20,767 nt of DNA from contig CAXBPH010000109.1 in the NCBI GenBank assembly GCA_963977445.1, forward strand, positions 1-20,767. Reading direction: 5' to 3'. This document shows positions 1-9,151 of the stretch, piece after piece. The translations under genes were made by a program, and so were the position numbers. This stretch comes from an uncultured bacterium. GTDB lineage: Bacteria > Hydrogenedentota > Hydrogenedentia > Hydrogenedentales > JAEUWI01. The notes under the pieces were generated by a model, which searched no databases, was not told the origin of the DNA, and saw nothing but the letters and a program-made list of their open reading frames with translations. Numbering within the stretch: position 1 is the stretch's first letter; every line of letters begins with the position of its first letter.

Positions 1-1
1 C

Positions 2-1414
2 CAGGCCAACGACACCGATCCCATTGACCGGAGTGCTCCGGAAGACACCCTCTTCATGAAAGCCTGTGAAGATTTGCCCGATCACATCGTGTTGCTGGAT
101 GTGCCCGATGTGGATTCCATCGATATGGTTAATTGGGACGTGGCGGAAAACATTCAGGCCGTGTGTGACGTTCTTGTGGCGGTGCTGACGGGTGAAAAGT
201 ATCAGGACGACCAGGTCATCGCCTATTTTCGACAGGCGGCGGAATCGGGCCGGGTCATACTGCCACTCATGAACAAGGCCAACGCTGCCCAGGATTTTGA
301 AGTGGCCCGCCAGCAGCTGGACGATTTTTGCGAGGCCGTGGGTCTGGAAGAGCGGATTTACTTTGCCGTGCCCCATGATTACACGTTGATGGAGACCTGC
401 GACCACCGTATTGCGTCTATAAGCGGCACGGCCGACCTCCGACCTTACCTGGAGCAGCTCGATGTCGTGGAGACCAAAGAGCGGGTGTATCGTGACACCC
501 TGACCCATTTTACCGAGCATACGGTGGAATTTGTGGCACGGATGGACCGGTTTTCCACCAGCCTCGCGGGCGTCAGCGAACTTTTTAAACACCGCGCGCA
601 GGCCGTGGCCGCTACCTACGATCCCGAGCCAGACGCCAAGGTGGGGAAGCTGCTCCACAGCTACATCAAAGCCCGTCGCGGTGTGTTGAGTCGCACCATG
701 GGCAATGTGGGGTCGGCGGTATTCGACCGGGTGGTGCCGGTGGGCCAGGCGGTCGGGCGTATGGTGCGAAGCCGACTTTCCCTGACGAGCGAGCCCAAGA
801 TACCGACGGCCGAAGATGTGCGCGCGCACCACGTGCGCGAACTGGAAATACGTACCTGTGATTTTATTCGGGACTGCGTCGAAGTGGCGCACAATCTCGA
901 TGAACCGGCCCGGGCCATGATTGCCCACCGCTTTGAGTCCCTCGATGTGAGCGCCACGGTGAAGGCCGTGAATGAGGCCACGCTGGTTGACAACAATATC
1001 TCTGAGGCCTTTCGGGCCCACGCCGAAAAGACCCTGGACGAGTGGTGGAACGGTAACAAGATGCGTCGGGTTTTTCTGGTGCAACTTGATGCCATGCTGA
1101 TGCTGGCACCGACGGCGGTGGCCGTGCCCCTGGCCGTTTATGCCGGCGGTGTGGGCGTGCCCGAAGTGGTCGCGGCGACCAGCCCCCTTGCAGGCGAATT
1201 TTTTGCCCGGGTTCTCGAGCATCAATTTTCCGAAAAATGGGTAGACCTCATGGCCCCGTGGCACCGCGAGCAACAGGCCCGTTTTGAGCAGGCCCTGGTG
1301 GCCCACGTGCTCGCGACGGCACTCAGCCCGCTGGCGGAAGCGGCGGACGTGCTGGGTGGTGAGATGGCGGATACCCTTCGAAGGATTCATGAGAAGTGTC
1401 TGAAAGTATCATAA
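2..1414 (+). CDS. Dynamin-like/TRAFAC membrane GTPase, 5'-truncated by the window edge
   Basis: The frame is open from base 2 (CAG GCC AAC...), so the ATG at 56 is internal. It shows a G3-like LLDVPDVDS, a G4-like LMNKAN, a long helical region and a hydrophobic C-terminal segment (MLMLAPTAVAVPLAVYAGGVGV). The P-loop would lie upstream of the window. Confidence 0.75.
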   Translation, partial: QANDTDPIDRSAPEDTLFMKACEDLPDHIVLLDVPDVDSIDMVNWDVAENIQAVCDVLVAVLTGEKYQDDQVIAYFRQAAESGRVILPLMNKANAAQDFEVARQQLDDFCEAVGLEERIYFAVPHDYTLMETCDHRIASISGTADLRPYLEQLDVVETKERVYRDTLTHFTEHTVEFVARMDRFSTSLAGVSELFKHRAQAVAATYDPEPDAKVGKLLHSYIKARRGVLSRTMGNVGSAVFDRVVPVGQAVGRMVRSRLSLTSEPKIPTAEDVRAHHVRELEIRTCDFIRDCVEVAHNLDEPARAMIAHRFESLDVSATVKAVNEATLVDNNISEAFRAHAEKTLDEWWNGNKMRRVFLVQLDAMLMLAPTAVAVPLAVYAGGVGVPEVVAATSPLAGEFFARVLEHQFSEKWVDLMAPWHREQQARFEQALVAHVLATALSPLAEAADVLGGEMADTLRRIHEKCLKVS

Positions 1415-3036
1415 ATGTTATGGAGCACCTGGAGGCCCTGGCGACCTATAATGGTCCCTGGAAGGCCCTCCGTGAAGAAGCGCCCCGGCTGCAGGAGCGC
1501 GTAACCGAATTACGTGCCCGTGAGACGCGCCTCGATGATGTGTTGGTGGTGGCCCTGGTGGGCGGCTCCGGCGTGGGAAAATCCACGTTGTTGAATGCTA
1601 TCGCCGGGGACCAGATCGCCCTGACCTCGGCCATGCGCCCCTGCACCACCAAGCCCCGGGCTTATCATCCCCCGGGAACGGAACTGCCCTTTCACGAGTG
1701 GGAGGGCGTGCCCCGATCGGCCCTGGAGCACCTCGTGCTCATTGATACGCCCGATTCCGACAGCATTGCCCATATTCATCGTGAGCGGACCATCGACGTG
1801 CTGAAGCAATGTGATTTGATCGTATTGTGTGCCAGCACGGAAAAGTATCTCGATGAGGCGACCTGGTCGTTGCTCCGTCCACTCCGTGGTCAGCGTGCCA
1901 TGATTTGCGTGGAGACCAAGGCCGGTCCCCATCCATCGGTAAAAGAACACTGGCTGGAACGTCTCAAGGATCAGGGCTTCGAAGTGGGGCCCTATTTCCG
2001 GGTAAACGCGTTGCGCACCCTGGATAGGAAGATGGCGGGCACACCCGCTGGGGATGACGAATACGATGGCCCGGCCTTTGACGAATTTCTCCGTGAAGAA
2101 CTGACGCGGGAGCGTATCGCGCGCATCAAGCGATCCAACGTGGCGGGCCTCCTCCAGAAGGCGACTGGCCAACTGGAAAGCATCGCCGCCGAAATTCGCC
2201 CTTCGCTGAAGACCCTGGAAACCCGCATCACGGAAGCCGACAAGGCCCTGGCACAGGAGACGCTCACGCTGGTGAGTGATCACCTCTTTGCGGAGCCCCA
2301 CCTGTGGACCTACGCCGTGGGGCGGGAAACGAGCATTCGATCCAAAGGCTTTGTGGGGCTGTGTTATCGCATGGTCGACGGCCTGCGGAATCTGCCCATG
2401 CGGCTGCCCGGCTTGCTGACCTGGAAGGGGCTCAAGAACAGCGATGGCCGGAAGGCCGCCGAAATGCTGACCACCGACGATTTGGTCCAGGCTGGCGCAA
2501 CGATGGCACCCGTGCGGGTGTTGGAATTCTACCGTGCCCAACAGAGTGAGCTCGCCCTGGCCTTTGTGCGCGGGGGTATTGATGCCCTGGATAGCCCGGC
2601 GGGCGAAGCGGCCTTTCAGAAAGAATTGGATACCCGGCTGGTGTCCGTCATTAAAGGGCCGGCGCGGGAACGGGTTCAACAAGGTGCCCGACGTCTGAGC
2701 CGGTGGTTGACGACGGTGGTGCTCGACGCGCCGCCCGTGGCCTTCCTCGTTTACACCGCTTACCTCGTGGTGACGAACTACCTGCATGCCCGCTTTCTCG
2801 ATATTGGCTTTCTCGTCCACTCGGCGGCTGTTTTGTCCATCATAACCGCCGTGGAACTCGTGGGTTTGTCCTTCGCCATTCGGAGTGTGGCCTGGATGGC
2901 GCGCCAGGGAAGTCTGCAGGATCTTCGCGTGGCTTTTCTCGCTCCTCGCCTCGCCTTTCAGCAAGAAAAAGTGGCCCTGTCCGACGTGAAGGAAAATCTG
3001 GAACGCATCGAAGCGGTAAAGGCCATGGTGCTGTAG
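1396..3036 (+). CDS. Dynamin-like/TRAFAC GTPase (50S ribosome-binding GTPase-type domain) with two C-terminal TM helices
   Basis: G1 GGSGVGKST, G2 RPCTT and G3-like LIDTPDSDS are present, then a helical stalk and two hydrophobic segments (PPVAFLVYTAYLVV; FLVHSAAVLSIITAVELVGLSFAI). The GTG start overlaps the upstream gene by 19 nt; ATG at 1420 is an alternative. Confidence 0.8.
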   Translation: MSESIINVMEHLEALATYNGPWKALREEAPRLQERVTELRARETRLDDVLVVALVGGSGVGKSTLLNAIAGDQIALTSAMRPCTTKPRAYHPPGTELPFHEWEGVPRSALEHLVLIDTPDSDSIAHIHRERTIDVLKQCDLIVLCASTEKYLDEATWSLLRPLRGQRAMICVETKAGPHPSVKEHWLERLKDQGFEVGPYFRVNALRTLDRKMAGTPAGDDEYDGPAFDEFLREELTRERIARIKRSNVAGLLQKATGQLESIAAEIRPSLKTLETRITEADKALAQETLTLVSDHLFAEPHLWTYAVGRETSIRSKGFVGLCYRMVDGLRNLPMRLPGLLTWKGLKNSDGRKAAEMLTTDDLVQAGATMAPVRVLEFYRAQQSELALAFVRGGIDALDSPAGEAAFQKELDTRLVSVIKGPARERVQQGARRLSRWLTTVVLDAPPVAFLVYTAYLVVTNYLHARFLDIGFLVHSAAVLSIITAVELVGLSFAIRSVAWMARQGSLQDLRVAFLAPRLAFQQEKVALSDVKENLERIEAVKAMVL

Positions 3037-3090
3037 GTCGAGCCCGGCTGGCGATGTTACGGCGTCCTATTGTGTGGAACCGGGACCCTA

Positions 3091-3190
3091 TCCCCCGCTT
3101 TAAACGCACCCCGACACCAAAGCGATCGGTGAGGGTGCCACCCTTACACGGAGGAGCGAAGCGGGGGAGTTTAAGGGTGTTGGGCCACCC
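3091..3190. repeat. Intergenic palindromic (REP-like) structured element between convergent genes
   Basis: A perfect 10-bp inverted repeat, TCCCCCGCTT (3091-3100) / AAGCGGGGGA (3159-3168), encloses the hairpin GTGAGGGT-GCC-ACCCTTAC (3129-3147). A further short stem GGGTG..CACCC lies at 3175-3190. Confidence 0.4.
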
Positions 3191-3274
3191 CGTTTGCCCG
3201 GCATCCCTGCTATCGTGGTCGGAACTGATGCGCCATCCTTTGCGAATTGATGTCAGGGAAGGGCTGCTGTCCAG

Positions 3275-3730
3275 TCAGTTGGCCACCACCAAAATAATCA
3301 GGCCGAGGAGCACGATGACCAGGAGCAGGGCGACGATGAGGAGGGCGGCCTTGCTGCCGGTGATTTCCGGTACGCTGCCTGCATGGCTGGAAGAGCGCAT
3401 GGCTTTCACCTGTTCCGGCGTGGGGCCATCGCGGTGGCGCGCCTCGGTCTGGACGGTTCGGTTCAGGGTAATCATGGCGTCACTGACTTCGATCTTGAGT
3501 TTGATCGCTTCCTGATGCTGGTGATGCAGGGCGAGCTCATCGAGCAGATCGAGGGCTTCGTTGGTTTCGCCAATTTCGAGGAGGCACCGTGCCCGGGGAA
3601 ACATGATGTTGGGGGAATTGGGAAAGGCCTGATCCAATTCATCCAACAGGGCGAGGGCTTCATCAAAACGCCCTTGCTGATAGAGCATGTTGGCCTGGCC
3701 GAATTTATTATGCGCTGTGTGTCTTTCCAT
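3275..3730 (-). CDS. Small TPR protein with a C-terminal membrane anchor
   Basis: TPR-like helices (FGQANMLYQQGRFDEALALLDELDQAFPNSPNIMFPRARCLLEIGETNEALDLL) and a terminal hydrophobic helix (ALLIVALLLVIVLLGLIILVVAN); ATG start. Confidence 0.8.
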   Translation of the reverse strand: MERHTAHNKFGQANMLYQQGRFDEALALLDELDQAFPNSPNIMFPRARCLLEIGETNEALDLLDELALHHQHQEAIKLKIEVSDAMITLNRTVQTEARHRDGPTPEQVKAMRSSSHAGSVPEITGSKAALLIVALLLVIVLLGLIILVVAN

Positions 3731-3760
3731 AGGAACCCCTGTGTAGCAAGACTCCCCTTG

Positions 3761-3789
3761 ATAATACTTCAGTTCTCCACAGGGCGCAA
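3761..3789 (-). promoter_or_regulatory. Putative sigma70 promoter for the 3275..3730 TPR gene
   Basis: The minus strand reads TTGCGC-N17-TATTAT, ending 30 nt upstream of the ATG at 3730. Confidence 0.5.
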
Positions 3790-3967
3790 CTTACGGTTGT
3801 GGCAGGGCAATTGCATTAAAAGGCCGGTAGACTTCGTTTCCCATTTGCTGAACAGTCTGGACGGCGGGGTGCCACCATCGGGTTGACATCGAAAAATCGG
3901 AAGCCCGTCAAACGGACCTTGTGTGCGTGCATGCTTTAATGCTATTTCTCTCACGGTTGTGGCCGAA

Positions 3968-4846
3968 TCAGGCCACGCCGCTTGCCAGATTTGAGAAGAC
4001 CCACCCATAGCCGAGCAGGAGCATGATGGCGGCGAAAATTATGGAGAATCCCGTGGTCAATACCGATTGCAGTATGAGGAAGAGAATTAAATCACCTATG
4101 GGCAGTGAATAATGCCGTCGCAGTACAACGGGTATGGCGAGCCAGCCGAGGACCGGGACCAGGAGCAGGAGACTGATGGTAAAGGCGTATTGCATGACAT
4201 CGAAAATGTTATCGACGACGGTTTCGTAACGGTGATGACGCATGAGCCCGAGGAGCACATACATGGCCACCGCGTTGGCGGCGAAACTTGTTGCCAGGAA
4301 GATAACCAGCACCTGACCGAAGGACAGGGTGTCGCCATCGGTGCGTAGTGAAATGCCCGTCGAGGGCCCCGCACCGGGTGCATAGTAAATGAAGGCACCT
4401 GTGGCGATGAGAAAAGTCAGGATCAGGGCGGTGGCACCGATGCCATAGAGAAGGACCCGGGCGGAACCCCGTTGGGCAGGCAGGGGCGTCTGGTTGTCCG
4501 GGTTCTGCATCAGCATGGCGATGAGGCGGTGGTCGTCGTGGGTGAGATTGCGAGCGCCACTGGCGGAGATAAGGGGGGCCTCGACCCGGTCTTCGCCGGC
4601 AAAGCGATTGAGAATCAGTTCGGCACGTTCGTCTTGAAAACGCTCGATGAGTTGCTCGCACAGGGCGATGGATTCCTGAGCACGGCCCAGCTGCTCCAGA
4701 CACAGTGCGGCTGAATACATGATATGCTTCTGGCGCGGAAACTCTCGATTGAGCCGTTGCAGAATGTGCAGTGCGGCGTCATACTGACCACGTACGTAGA
4801 GAGTGTCGGCTTGCCGGAAGTGTTGCTTAGCTTCCGAGGTGTCCAA
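3968..4846 (-). CDS. TPR-containing polytopic membrane protein
   Basis: N-terminal TPR (FRQADTLYVRGQYDAALHILQRLNREFP...) followed by about four hydrophobic segments. The TTG start is preceded by purine-rich GGGGAAGAGACGGA. Confidence 0.75.
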   Translation of the reverse strand: MDTSEAKQHFRQADTLYVRGQYDAALHILQRLNREFPRQKHIMYSAALCLEQLGRAQESIALCEQLIERFQDERAELILNRFAGEDRVEAPLISASGARNLTHDDHRLIAMLMQNPDNQTPLPAQRGSARVLLYGIGATALILTFLIATGAFIYYAPGAGPSTGISLRTDGDTLSFGQVLVIFLATSFAANAVAMYVLLGLMRHHRYETVVDNIFDVMQYAFTISLLLLVPVLGWLAIPVVLRRHYSLPIGDLILFLILQSVLTTGFSIIFAAIMLLLGYGWVFSNLASGVA

Positions 4847-4960
4847 TGCGGTGTCCGTCTCTTCCCCAAGTCCCGATTGTAAGGCGTATTCTAGCGCGGT
4901 TGCTGTGGCTAACCCAAGAAATTTGGACGGCTATGGGAAAAAAAGAACCGGCAAGGCCCT

Positions 4961-7900
4961 TCAGTCCTCGGGCACGGGGCCAAAACCACCGCCACCGGGC
5001 GTCTCGATGATGACCCAATCTCCCGTCTCTATCTCCAATTGACAATGGCCGGGAAGGGGCGCTTTTTTACCGCCGTGGATGTGCCAGTTTTGTCCAGGGA
5101 GGCCGGGCTGACCCCCCTGGACCCCGTAGGCCTGGGTGAAGCGTCGTTCCATGAGGCACGAGAGGGTCAGGGGTTGGCGAAATTCAAAGGCCCGATGAAG
5201 GCCTTCCCCGCCATGGGTGGTGCCCTTGCCGCCGGAGCCCTGCCGAAGTGCGAAGGCCCGCAAGATGACGGGATAGCGTCGTTCCAGGACTTCCGGGTCG
5301 GTAATGCGGGTGTTGGTCATGTGACTGTGGACACCCGATGCGCCGGGGAAATCCGGACCGGCTCCCGTCCCACCGCCCATGGTTTCATAGTAGCCGAAGG
5401 TCGCGTCGCCGAAGCTCAGGTTGTTCATCGTGCCTTGGCTCCCGGCGAGGTTGCCGAGGGCCCCATAGAGGGCTTCGCAAATGCGCTGTGACGTTTCCAC
5501 GTTGCCGCCCACGACGGCGGCGGGCGGCCTGGGTGCCAGGAGAGAACCCGGCGGAATGATGACGATAATGGGATCCAGGCAGCCGCTGTTCAGCGGTATG
5601 GGCTTGCCCACGAGGGTCCGGAACACATAGAGCACCGCCGAGAGTACCACAGCACTTGGTGCATTCAGGTTGCCCTCGAGTTGCGCTGCCGTGCCCGCAA
5701 AGTCCACCGTTGCCCGTCGATCCGCAATGGTGATGGTGCAGCAAATGGGCGCGCCACTGTCCAGGCGTTCTTCCGCGTGGTAGGTGCCATCGGGAAGGCC
5801 GGCGATGCAATCGCCCATGGTGTCGGCGGCGTTTTGACGCACGTGGTGCATATAGGCCTGAACCACGGCGACCGAATAGTTAACACACAGTTCCAGCAAG
5901 AGCGAGACGCCGAGCACATTGGCGGCTATCTGGGCGCGAAAATCGCTCATACGCTCCTCGATATTTCGGGCAGGCCACTCTCCCTGCTGCAGGGCCGCAC
6001 GCAATGGCCCTTCCCGGAAGGTGCCGCCACTGACGAGGAGAAAATTGTGGAATCGAAGACCCTCCTCATCGATGCTGCGCGAGAAGGGAGGCATAGAGCC
6101 CGGTACGATGCCGCCAATGTCGGCGTGGTGACCGCGATTGGCGACGAAGAAGATGCATTCTCCGGTTTCTGAAAAGACCGGCGTGACCACCGTCATATCG
6201 GGCAGATGGGAGCCGCCATGGAAGGGGTCGTTGGTGAGATACACATCACCGGGTTGGAGGGTGTCGCCTCGATCCCGCACGATGGCTTTCACGCTCTCGC
6301 CCATGGCACCCAGGTGCACGGGGATGTGGGGGGCATTGGCCACGAGGGCACCGTCGGGACCGAAGAGGGCGCAGGAAAAATCCAATCGTTCCTTGATGTT
6401 CGCCGAGTGGCTGACCCGTTCTAGGCACTGGCCCATTTGTTCGGCCACTGACATGAACAAATTGTTGAAGACTTCCAGCAAGACGGGGTTCGCCTCGGTG
6501 GCCACCCGCTCCCGTGTGACGGTGTGCTGGTGGGAAAGAATCAGATTGTGGTATTGGTCCATGCGCGCGGTCCAGCCGGGATCGACGACGATGGTGGAGC
6601 CTTCTTCCACGATGAAGGCCGGGCCGGTGAGTTGGTGGCCCGGCTGCAGGGCGCTTCTCGGGTAGACGGGCGTTTCCAGGGGGCACCGCTTTCGTTCCCC
6701 ATTCGGCTGGATACTGTCAAAATGGACAACAACCTGCCCGGTGCGCAGGGTTTCCAGGGGTGCCGTTGCCCTGTTCATGCGCTCCGATGATGGGGCGAGA
6801 TCATCGGTGGCCGAAGACCCTTCTGCCATGATGCGGAGGTTAACCACCTCAATGGGCTTCTCGGCCATGGTGAAGCCGTAGCGTTGTTGGTGGCGGGCCG
6901 CAAAGGCTTCGCTCAGATCGGTGTCCGGGTCCCAGTCGACTTCGATGCACCCTTCTACGCCTTCGTATCGCAATTCCACGTGGCGAGCAATTTGAATGGA
7001 CGTTGCCCCGTCCTGTTCGAGTACGGCCTGGCAGGCCTGGGTCAATCGCGCAAAGCCCGATTCGATCTGATTGCGGAGCGCCGGTTCCCATCGTGCCAGT
7101 ATGGGCGCGGACTCCCCATGGGTCAGTCGGGCGAGTCCCATGCCGTAGGCGCTCAAGACGCCCGCCCAGGGATGGAGCACAATGTCCTGAATGCCCAGTG
7201 CCTCGGCGATGGCGCAGGCGTGTTGGGCACCGGCACCACCAAAGCAGCACAAGGCATATTCCTGGACGTCATAGCCGCGCGCCACGCTGACGACTTTGAT
7301 AGGTTTCACCATGCGCTCGTTGGCGATGCGGATGAAACCGGCGGCGGCTTCTTCCACCGCCACGGTCCGGCCCAGCGCCTTGCTCATTGCGTCGCTGAGT
7401 GCCTGGAGGCGCTGAAAGGCGGCCTCGGTATCGAGGCCCTCGTCGGCCCGGGGGCCAAAGCATCGGGGGAAATAGGCGGGCTGGATACGGCCCAATACGA
7501 GGTTGGCGTCGGTCACCGTTGCGGGGCCGCCCTTGCCATAGCAGGCCGGACCCGGTTGGGCACCGGCACTCTCCGGGCCGACCATACAGCGATGTCCGTC
7601 GAAGGTCAGAATGGAACCACCACCAGCGGCGACCGTCTCAATCCACAACATGGGGGCTTTTATGCGAATCCCGGCAACGTTTTTTTCGTAGACAAAATCG
7701 CTGCCATCGTCGACACGACTCACATCGGTGGAGGTGCCCCCCATATCGAAGCCAATAACCTTTGGAAAACCTGCTTCCCGGCAGACGGCGGCACACGCCA
7801 CCACACCCCCCGCGGGCCCCGACAATATGGCGTCTTTGCCGGAGAATCGTTGGGCATCCGCGAGGCCGCCGTTGGATTGCATGAAATGGAGGCGGGTCTG

Positions 7901-8611
7901 GCTACCCAGTGCCGCCCGGGCCCGTGCCACATAGTCGCGAATTACTGGCGTGAGATAGGCATCCGCCACCGTCGTATCGCCCCGTCCCACGACTTTAATC
8001 TCGTTGGCGACTTCGTGACTCAGGCTTATCTGGGAAAAGCCCGCCTCTCGGGCCAGTTCACCCAGCCGAAGTTCATGACGGGCATCGACATAGCTATTGA
8101 GTAAAACCACGGCCAGACTGTCGATGCCCTGGGTGCGAAGGGCCTCAAGAGATTTTCGGGCCGCCGTTTCATCCATCGCCCGATCAATGGTGCTATCACT
8201 GAGGATGCGCTCCCGGATTTCTATGGTTTCGAGGGCCAGGTACTCGGGCAGTTCGATTTTCACGGCGAAGAGGTCGGGTCGGTCCTGGTACCCGATGCGG
8301 AGCAGGTCGCGGAAGCCCTCGGTCACCAGGAGAGCGACGGGTGCTCCTTGTCGTTCCAGCAGGGCGTTGGTGGCGAGGGTGGTGCCCATGCGGACTTCAT
8401 GAATCTGGTCGGGCGGTATGGCGCTTCCAGAGGGCACGCCGAGGAGGGTCCGGATGGCATGGAGCGGTGCGTCGTCGTAGTGATCCGGGTTTACGCTGAG
8501 GAGTTTGCGGAGATGGAGCCGCCCCGCCGGGTCACGGGCCACGATATCGGTGAAGGTGCCGCCCCGATCAATCCAGAAATCCCAGCCGGGTCGGGATAGG
8601 GTAGTGGACAC
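4961..8611 (-). CDS. Fused hydantoinase A/B / ATP-dependent 5-oxoprolinase family protein (OPLAH/Oxp1-type)
   Basis: A-half motifs: [64 protein letters not shown]-half motifs: [60 protein letters not shown] moved the start from 8656 to GTG at 8611, which follows the RBS AGGAG at 9 nt spacing. Confidence 0.93.
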   Translation of the reverse strand: MSTTLSRPGWDFWIDRGGTFTDIVARDPAGRLHLRKLLSVNPDHYDDAPLHAIRTLLGVPSGSAIPPDQIHEVRMGTTLATNALLERQGAPVALLVTEGFRDLLRIGYQDRPDLFAVKIELPEYLALETIEIRERILSDSTIDRAMDETAARKSLEALRTQGIDSLAVVLLNSYVDARHELRLGELAREAGFSQISLSHEVANEIKVVGRGDTTVADAYLTPVIRDYVARARAALGSQTRLHFMQSNGGLADAQRFSGKDAILSGPAGGVVACAAVCREAGFPKVIGFDMGGTSTDVSRVDDGSDFVYEKNVAGIRIKAPMLWIETVAAGGGSILTFDGHRCMVGPESAGAQPGPACYGKGGPATVTDANLVLGRIQPAYFPRCFGPRADEGLDTEAAFQRLQALSDAMSKALGRTVAVEEAAAGFIRIANERMVKPIKVVSVARGYDVQEYALCCFGGAGAQHACAIAEALGIQDIVLHPWAGVLSAYGMGLARLTHGESAPILARWEPALRNQIESGFARLTQACQAVLEQDGATSIQIARHVELRYEGVEGCIEVDWDPDTDLSEAFAARHQQRYGFTMAEKPIEVVNLRIMAEGSSATDDLAPSSERMNRATAPLETLRTGQVVVHFDSIQPNGERKRCPLETPVYPRSALQPGHQLTGPAFIVEEGSTIVVDPGWTARMDQYHNLILSHQHTVTRERVATEANPVLLEVFNNLFMSVAEQMGQCLERVSHSANIKERLDFSCALFGPDGALVANAPHIPVHLGAMGESVKAIVRDRGDTLQPGDVYLTNDPFHGGSHLPDMTVVTPVFSETGECIFFVANRGHHADIGGIVPGSMPPFSRSIDEEGLRFHNFLLVSGGTFREGPLRAALQQGEWPARNIEERMSDFRAQIAANVLGVSLLLELCVNYSVAVVQAYMHHVRQNAADTMGDCIAGLPDGTYHAEERLDSGAPICCTITIADRRATVDFAGTAAQLEGNLNAPSAVVLSAVLYVFRTLVGKPIPLNSGCLDPIIVIIPPGSLLAPRPPAAVVGGNVETSQRICEALYGALGNLAGSQGTMNNLSFGDATFGYYETMGGGTGAGPDFPGASGVHSHMTNTRITDPEVLERRYPVILRAFALRQGSGGKGTTHGGEGLHRAFEFRQPLTLSCLMERRFTQAYGVQGGQPGLPGQNWHIHGGKKAPLPGHCQLEIETGDWVIIETPGGGGFGPVPED

Positions 8612-8657
8612 GGTGAAAAGCTCCTGCAAGTGACAATCAGCGGTAAATGGAAGCACA

Positions 8658-8666
8658 AGTATAACA
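8658..8666 (-). promoter_or_regulatory. Putative extended -10 promoter for the oxoprolinase gene
   Basis: The minus strand reads TGTTATACT (TGn + TATACT), 46 nt upstream of the GTG at 8611. There is no good -35. Confidence 0.5.
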
Positions 8667-8860
8667 AGTCAGGCCGCACGGGATCGTTGTTGCGCGGCTC
8701 ACGGACGTCACAGCGCTGGGGAGCCCGTGAGACAAAAATGCGATAGGTACAGGTAGCAACGGCTTCGTTTGTTCCGACCACCAGGCTGATATGGGGGAAG
8801 GTTCTGCTTTGTCCTGGAAAACCACACTTTTGGGCGTCGCAGAATTCATAGGGTAATCGG

Positions 8861-8889
8861 TTGACACGTATGTCCCGTTGGAGTATTAT
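8861..8889 (+). promoter_or_regulatory. Near-consensus sigma70 promoter upstream of the polysaccharide-export operon
   Basis: TTGACA (8861-8866), 17-nt spacer, TATTAT (8884-8889). Confidence 0.75.
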
Positions 8890-9151
8890 TAGAAGCAGCT
8901 AGATCGATTGAAATCAACCGGTTAGCGAATATCCTGGTGTGTCGCTCGCACGGTTTAGCGCGCGAAACGGATGTAGTTCTGCCATTGGTGTGACAGGCTA
9001 TCCCCATTTATAAAACAGACTGATCGCGGCCGCGTGGGGTGCAGGCAGGGATGCCGTGCGACGCGGTTCCCGCCATTAGCGATCCCCTTTTTGGTAGCCC
9101 TCGGCCACCAAACGAGGTCGTTGGTGTTCGGACTCGAATTTAGACAGGTAT

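Noticed and set aside
1510..2964. 484-aa minus-strand ORF
   Set aside because: It is antisense to the GTPase gene, has no recognisable motifs, and is typical of stop-poor reverse frames in GC-rich genes.
2703..3515. 270-aa plus-strand ORF spanning the intergenic repeat
   Set aside because: It overlaps two better-supported genes and has an Arg/Gly/Ser-rich off-frame composition.
3813..3942. 8-bp inverted repeat GCATTAAA/TTTAATGC
   Set aside because: It is short and widely spaced, has no target-site duplication or transposase, and is compatible with chance.
4936..4960. T7 tract on the minus strand after the oxoprolinase stop, as an intrinsic terminator
   Set aside because: The preceding stem is only about 3-4 bp, too weak to call.
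6884..8104. 406-aa plus-strand ORF
   Set aside because: It is an antisense shadow inside the oxoprolinase gene.
8612..8656. N-terminal 15 codons of the 1231-aa oxoprolinase ORF
   Set aside because: The RBS AGGAG precedes GTG 8611, and the extended -10 at 8658-8666 leaves no room for a start at 8656.
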